DNA from: Chiloscyllium plagiosum
Taxonomy: Eukaryota
NCBI RefSeq assembly: GCF_004010195.1
Contig: NC_057720.1
Location: 18,138,425 to 18,178,385, forward strand
DNA: 39,961 nucleotides
Reading direction: 5' to 3'
The notes beneath the pieces were generated by a model. That model made no database searches, was not told the origin of the DNA, and saw only the letters and a list, made by a program, of their open reading frames with translations. Position numbers and translations under genes: made by a program. Positions 35,352-39,961 of this stretch are shown here, in pieces. Each line of letters starts with the position of its first letter. The first letter of the stretch is position 1.

Positions 35352-35608
35352 TTCCCGCCTCAGGCAACTGACTGTGTGGAGTTTGCACGTTCTCCCCGTG
35401 TCTGCGTGGGTTTCCTCCGGGTGCTCCGGTTTCCTCCCACAGTCCAAAGATGTGCAGGTCAGGTGAATTGGCCATGCTAAATTGCCCGTAGTGTTAGCTA
35501 AGGGGTAAATGTAGGGGTATGGGTGGGTTGCGCTTCGGCGGGGCGGTGTGGACTTGTTGGGCCGAAGGGCCTGTTTCCACACTGTAAGTAATCTAATCTA
35601 ATCTAATC
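35352..35608 (+). mobile_element. HE1-type V-SINE, 5'-truncated, young
   Basis: V-domain GTGTGGAGTTTGCACGTTCTCCCCGTGTCTGCGTGGGTTTCCTCCGGGTGCTCCGGTTTCCTCCCACA; CR1-like 3' end ggccgaagggcctgtttccacactgta with (TCTAA)n tail; CpGs retained. Confidence 0.92.
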
Positions 35609-36084
35609 AAATATGCTAAGTGGATCCTGACACTCAATCAATCTCCTAACCTAACCAATATTTTCATTTTTATGTCATAAGCTTTAAATGCAGCTTATGA
35701 AGGAATTGATCATACACTGCTGAAGGAGACTCGAAGTTGAAACATTTTGTCTTGCTTTAGTTCTGATAAGTGCTAGTTGAAAAGGTTCAACTTCTGGTCT
35801 CCTGTTAGCAATGTTTAAGTTCTCTAATGCCAAACATGAAACACCTTCTTGAAAGTCCAGTTGATGAATATCCTTAGACATTTTCCTGTCTATCACTTCA
35901 GCCATTTTTTCAAAATCTCAACCAAATTTATGAGGTATGACCTATCCTTTAGAAATGCATGCTGATATTCTCTGATCAGCTGAGCATTTTAAAGGTGTAT
36001 TTACTTATGAAATACAATAATTGATAAACATTGCTTTGCAAATACAGATCCTTTATACAATAAACATGAGGCGGCATTTTAACT

Positions 36085-36305
36085 ACAGGTAAAGTCGCCG
36101 TAGTCCTAACAGATCATAAGGCTGCTTTCTCATTAGACAGAGACAACTGGCGTTGGTTGAACCAGAGGGTCCCCATGCTTCAGGTGAAGGGACAGGTTGA
36201 GAAGGACAGTCCTTCATGGCAACTTCAGCCAATATAGGAATTTAACTCACTCTGTTGGCATCACTCTGCATTACAAACCGGTTGTTCAGCCTACTGAGCT
36301 TACTG
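36085..36305 (-). mobile_element. Old tRNA-derived SINE
   Basis: Reverse complement begins AGCTCAGTAGG (A-box-like) followed by GAGTTAAATTCC (B-box-like). Confidence 0.55.
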
Positions 36306-37129
36306 ATCTATATAACGTGAGCAAGTGTGACGTTATTCACTTTGATTTTAAGATTGTAAAACAGATTCCTGTTCGAAAGCTGTTGTGACTTGTAAATGCT
36401 GATTCGCAGAGAGACTTGGGTATATTCATACAAGGAAGAAGAAACTAGCACACAAGTATAACAAACAATGAGGAAAACTACAGGAATAGAATGCAAGAGT
36501 AAAGAAGTCTTCATACAAATGCACAGGGCTGTGGTGACACCGCACCTGGAATACTGCACAGAATGTTGGTCACCATATCCAAGAAACAATATAGCTGGCA
36601 TAGTTAGGTGGCCAGCAGGAGATACAGCATAAGTGACTAGATGGATATTTCGATGGAAAGGTTGTCCTATGACGAGAAATTGACTGAACCAGGCTTATTG
36701 AAAAGTTAATGTTTCAGTTTGTGGATGAAACAAAAACAAATGGGAAGGCATGTGGTGAGGATAAAAAACTCAGACGGATGGAATATAACGTGGAAAATGT
36801 GAGGTTATGTACTTGTCAGGGAGAATAGAGGAGCTGAACATTATTTAAATGGAGAAAGACCGCACAAAGCTACAGCACTATGGGACTTGGGTACAAATCA
36901 CAAGAAGCTAGCATACAAGTTCACCAGATAATAGAGGCAGCAAATGAAATATTGGCTTTTATGTCAAAGGGAACGGAGTATGAAAATACGGAGATGCTGC
37001 TAAAACTACACAAGACACTAGTCAGACCACAGCTGGAATATTGTGAACAGTTTCGAATTCCTTATCTAAGAAAGATATGCTGGCACTGGAGGCAGTCCAG
37101 AGAAGTTTCACTAGGCTGATATTAATATG

Positions 37130-37443
37130 TTGCTGAAACTGTGTTGCTGGAAAAGCGCAGCAGGTCAGACAGCATCCAAGGAACAGGAGAATCGACGTTT
37201 CGGGCATAAGCCCTTCTTCAGAAGGGCTTTTGCCCGAAACATCGATTCTCCTGTTCCTTGGATGCTGCCTGACCTGCTGCGCTTTTCCAGCAACACATTT
37301 TCAGCTCTGATCTCCAGCATCTGCAGCCCTCACTTTCTCTCGATGATATTAGAAAGGGCTTATGCCCGAAATGTGAATTCTCCTGCTCCTCGGATGCTGT
37401 CTGGCCTGCTGTATTTTTCCAGCACCACACTTTTCAACTCTGA
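37130..37443. mobile_element. Fold-back mini-PLE plus a tandem second pLTR fragment, inserted in CR1 with a 14-bp flanking direct repeat
   Basis: Near-perfect palindrome about 37132-37305; CTGATATTAATATG at 37116-37129 and 37440-37453. Confidence 0.85.
37191..37221 (-). ncRNA. Minimal hammerhead ribozyme core (stem I 5' strand replaced by the inversion junction)
   Basis: Reverse complement CTGAAGAAGGGCTTATGCCCGAAACGTCGAT, identical to 25585-25615. Confidence 0.65.
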
Positions 37444-39653
37444 TATTAATATGGAGAAGGGGTTGAGTAGGTTAAGTGTGTACACAGTGGAATTTAGAAG
37501 AATGAGGCGCAACTTTATTGAAGCATACAAAGATGCTTAGTTTCTCCAGCAATTTCTGTTTTGAACTTGAGGGGAGATATGCAGAGGTTGTTTCCCTTGT
37601 TGGAGATTCTGGGACCAGAAGGCACAATAAGAAGTTGCTCTTTTAAGACAAAGATAAGGAGGAATTTCTTCCCTTCGAGAATAATGAATGTATGGAATTC
37701 ATTACTACAGAGGGCTAGACAGGCTGGGTCATTATAACATTCAAGGTTGAGATAAGACAGATTTTTAATCAGAAAGGGAACCAAGGGTTACGGGAAAAAG
37801 ATAGCCATGTAGAGTTGAGGATTATCAGCTCAATTGAATGGCAGAGTAGCCATGAGCTGACTGGCCTAATTGTGACCTTATTCTCTCTGGAGTTTCAAAG
37901 GAAGGTGATCTCACTCAAACATTCAAGGCTCTTAAGACCCATGAAAAAGTAAATATTGTTTCACCGTCTCAGGATAATAAATTAACCACTTAGACTGAGC
38001 TACGGAGAAATTTCTTTACTCAAAAGGCTGCGAATCACTGGTTGTGAATTACTGAGGGTTGTAGATGCTCCATCAGAGTATATTCAGGGCTGAGACAGTT
38101 AGATTTTTGATACTCTCAGAGAATCCAGGGATTATGGGAAGATGGCAGTAAAACAGAGTTGAGGCAGATTAGCCATGATTGTACTTAATGGTGCAGTAGG
38201 CTCAAGAGGCCAGTTGTTCTACTCCTGCTACTATTCCTTTTGTTCTTGTCAGTCTACATTCAAGGAAGACTGGACATCTCCCCAGTCTTACTTCACTTCT
38301 CTAACCAGTTCACTGATGGAAAAAAATTGTTTTTCCATCAGACAGTGAATAACTTGTGTATTTTATGCTTTTAGTACTTTTCCATGCTTTTAACTCCACA
38401 ATTTGAAAATGCAGTTAACACAAATAATATATCAAATATACCAAATAATGTCAGACAAAACTGCTTTAGAGCCCATCGCTTTTGAAATACAGTTTAGGTA
38501 CAAGTCTGAAGCTGAATCACTGCCTGATTCTTTTTGCCACATTGCAAGCCTGTCAGATTTTTCAAATATTTAATACACAGAATATAATTTAATCAACAGA
38601 TCCAGCTGCAATCAAACCACAGAGAACTAAGCCAGGTGGGCCACATATCTCTTAATCCAGTTATTAAATTACAACCTTTTATCCACTTTCTGCTATCTAG
38701 ATATTTAGTCTCAGTCAATTAAGAACAATGCAAACAATTCACAGAGATACGTTGAAGTTATAACACAGAAACAAGCAATTACCAGGCCTAAATTTTATAA
38801 GGGGACGAGCATAATGCTTTTCAGCAAAATATTGTCATATAATTCACAACAAATGGCAAGTAAACATACATAAAAGAAACAAAAAGCGGAGTGTAACTAC
38901 CAAATCATAAGTTGGAAATCCCTGATTACAAAGCTACGTATGATTACAAAATATGATTACAGTGATCTTAAATTGGCTGTTTGTACAAAGTAGAATACAG
39001 GTGACAGACTCAAGTTATACCACCAGATGCACCTTGCATTGGACTGCAAATGACTATTGAATACAAGTTTCTGAGATCCACTTCCCAGAGATCCAATTCT
39101 TCATGCAAGAAATTCATGTTACTGTAAAGAGAGTCCACTTTAATACACGTGAAGTCAAATTGGCAAACTTCACTCCATATTATGCTGCAATATGACATGG
39201 CAAGACAATATGTGAGAACAAGTGTATGACTGGACTCCACACAGAAAAACACAGGTTTGAATGACTTGTCTGGTGTTTCAAAATTCTATGATATGGTCCT
39301 CAAGTTATTCAGCCAATATCACAATGTTATGTTTAAAGTAATTCTGGTGCAATATATTGACTGTAATTGATTAATTTAATATTTGTTGTGAAATAACACA
39401 AGAAACACAGTAGCCCATTCGTTAGAAATGTATATATAGGTGTCAAGTGAGGATATATTTAAGCTTTTCTGTGATGTTTCTCAGTTGGCTAGAGTTTCAG
39501 CACTTAACATGAAGAGACACAAAATTACCAAATCAATGTGGTAATGGGAATAACTCACACTGCTTGAATCACCTTCAAAAGATGATGTGTAGGATGCAAA
39601 GTGAAAATAATATTGGAAGGAGGCTGCTGGAACTGAAATATCTATAGAGTCAG

Positions 39654-39961
39654 TCATGAAATCTATCAAAGAAAAAGAGAGATCCTATAACGTGGCCAAG
39701 AGCACTGGGAAATCAGAAGATTGGGAAGGCTATAAAAACAAACAGAGGATAACAAAGAGAGAAATAAGGAAGGAGAGGATCAAATATGAAGGTAGGCTAG
39801 CCAGTAATATTAGAAATGATAGTAAAAGTTTCTTTCAATACATAAGAAACAAACGACAGGCAAAAGTAAAACAATGGGCCACTTCAAACTGATGCTGGAA
39901 GCCTAGTGATGGGAGATAAGGAAATAGCAGGAGAACTTAACAAGTACTTTGCATCAGTCTT
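39654..39961 (+). mobile_element. CR1 LINE (post-endonuclease region), runs off the window end
   Basis: KERSYNVAKSTGKSEDWEGYK...IRNDSKSFFQYIRNKR; DKEIAGELNKYFASV. Confidence 0.88.

Larger units (their letters stand above)
36310..38250 (+). mobile_element. Cluster of three decayed CR1 3' fragments
   Basis: KCDVIHF, PHLEYC, LVRPQLEYC and RNFF motifs recur; CR1-type 3' UTRs at about 37790-37880 and 38130-38250. Confidence 0.8.

Noticed and set aside
31439..39650. Further upstream EVI5 exon
   Set aside because: No minus-strand segment encoding the expected GQVTRAQEAEENY-like peptide was found by eye; it probably lies beyond the window, though a micro-exon could have been missed.

Overview
Eukaryotic vertebrate genomic DNA, very likely from a shark. 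The basis is an HE1/V-SINE, a SacSINE1/DeuSINE-like element and dense CR1 LINEs; the taxon is an inference. The window lies inside a minus-strand EVI5 (Rab-GAP, coiled-coil region) gene. Three phase-0 coding exons (31304-31438, 28924-29064, 1424-1582) splice in frame, separated by introns of about 2.2 kb and 27.3 kb. The introns are filled with decayed CR1 LINEs, an RTE LINE relic, two opposite-orientation solo LTRs of one family, SINEs and many Penelope-like element (PLE) fragments. Most listed ORFs are broken TE frames or antisense shadows. The most unusual signal is a set of fold-back PLE-derived elements, most with minimal hammerhead-ribozyme motifs. One of them (about 23859-25710, with a degenerate 15-16 bp TSD) brackets about 1.3 kb of AT-rich but CpG-undepleted sequence with short-intron-like splice signals, which suggests PLE-mediated capture of cargo DNA. 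All family assignments are from motif recognition, not database searches, and TE boundaries are approximate.
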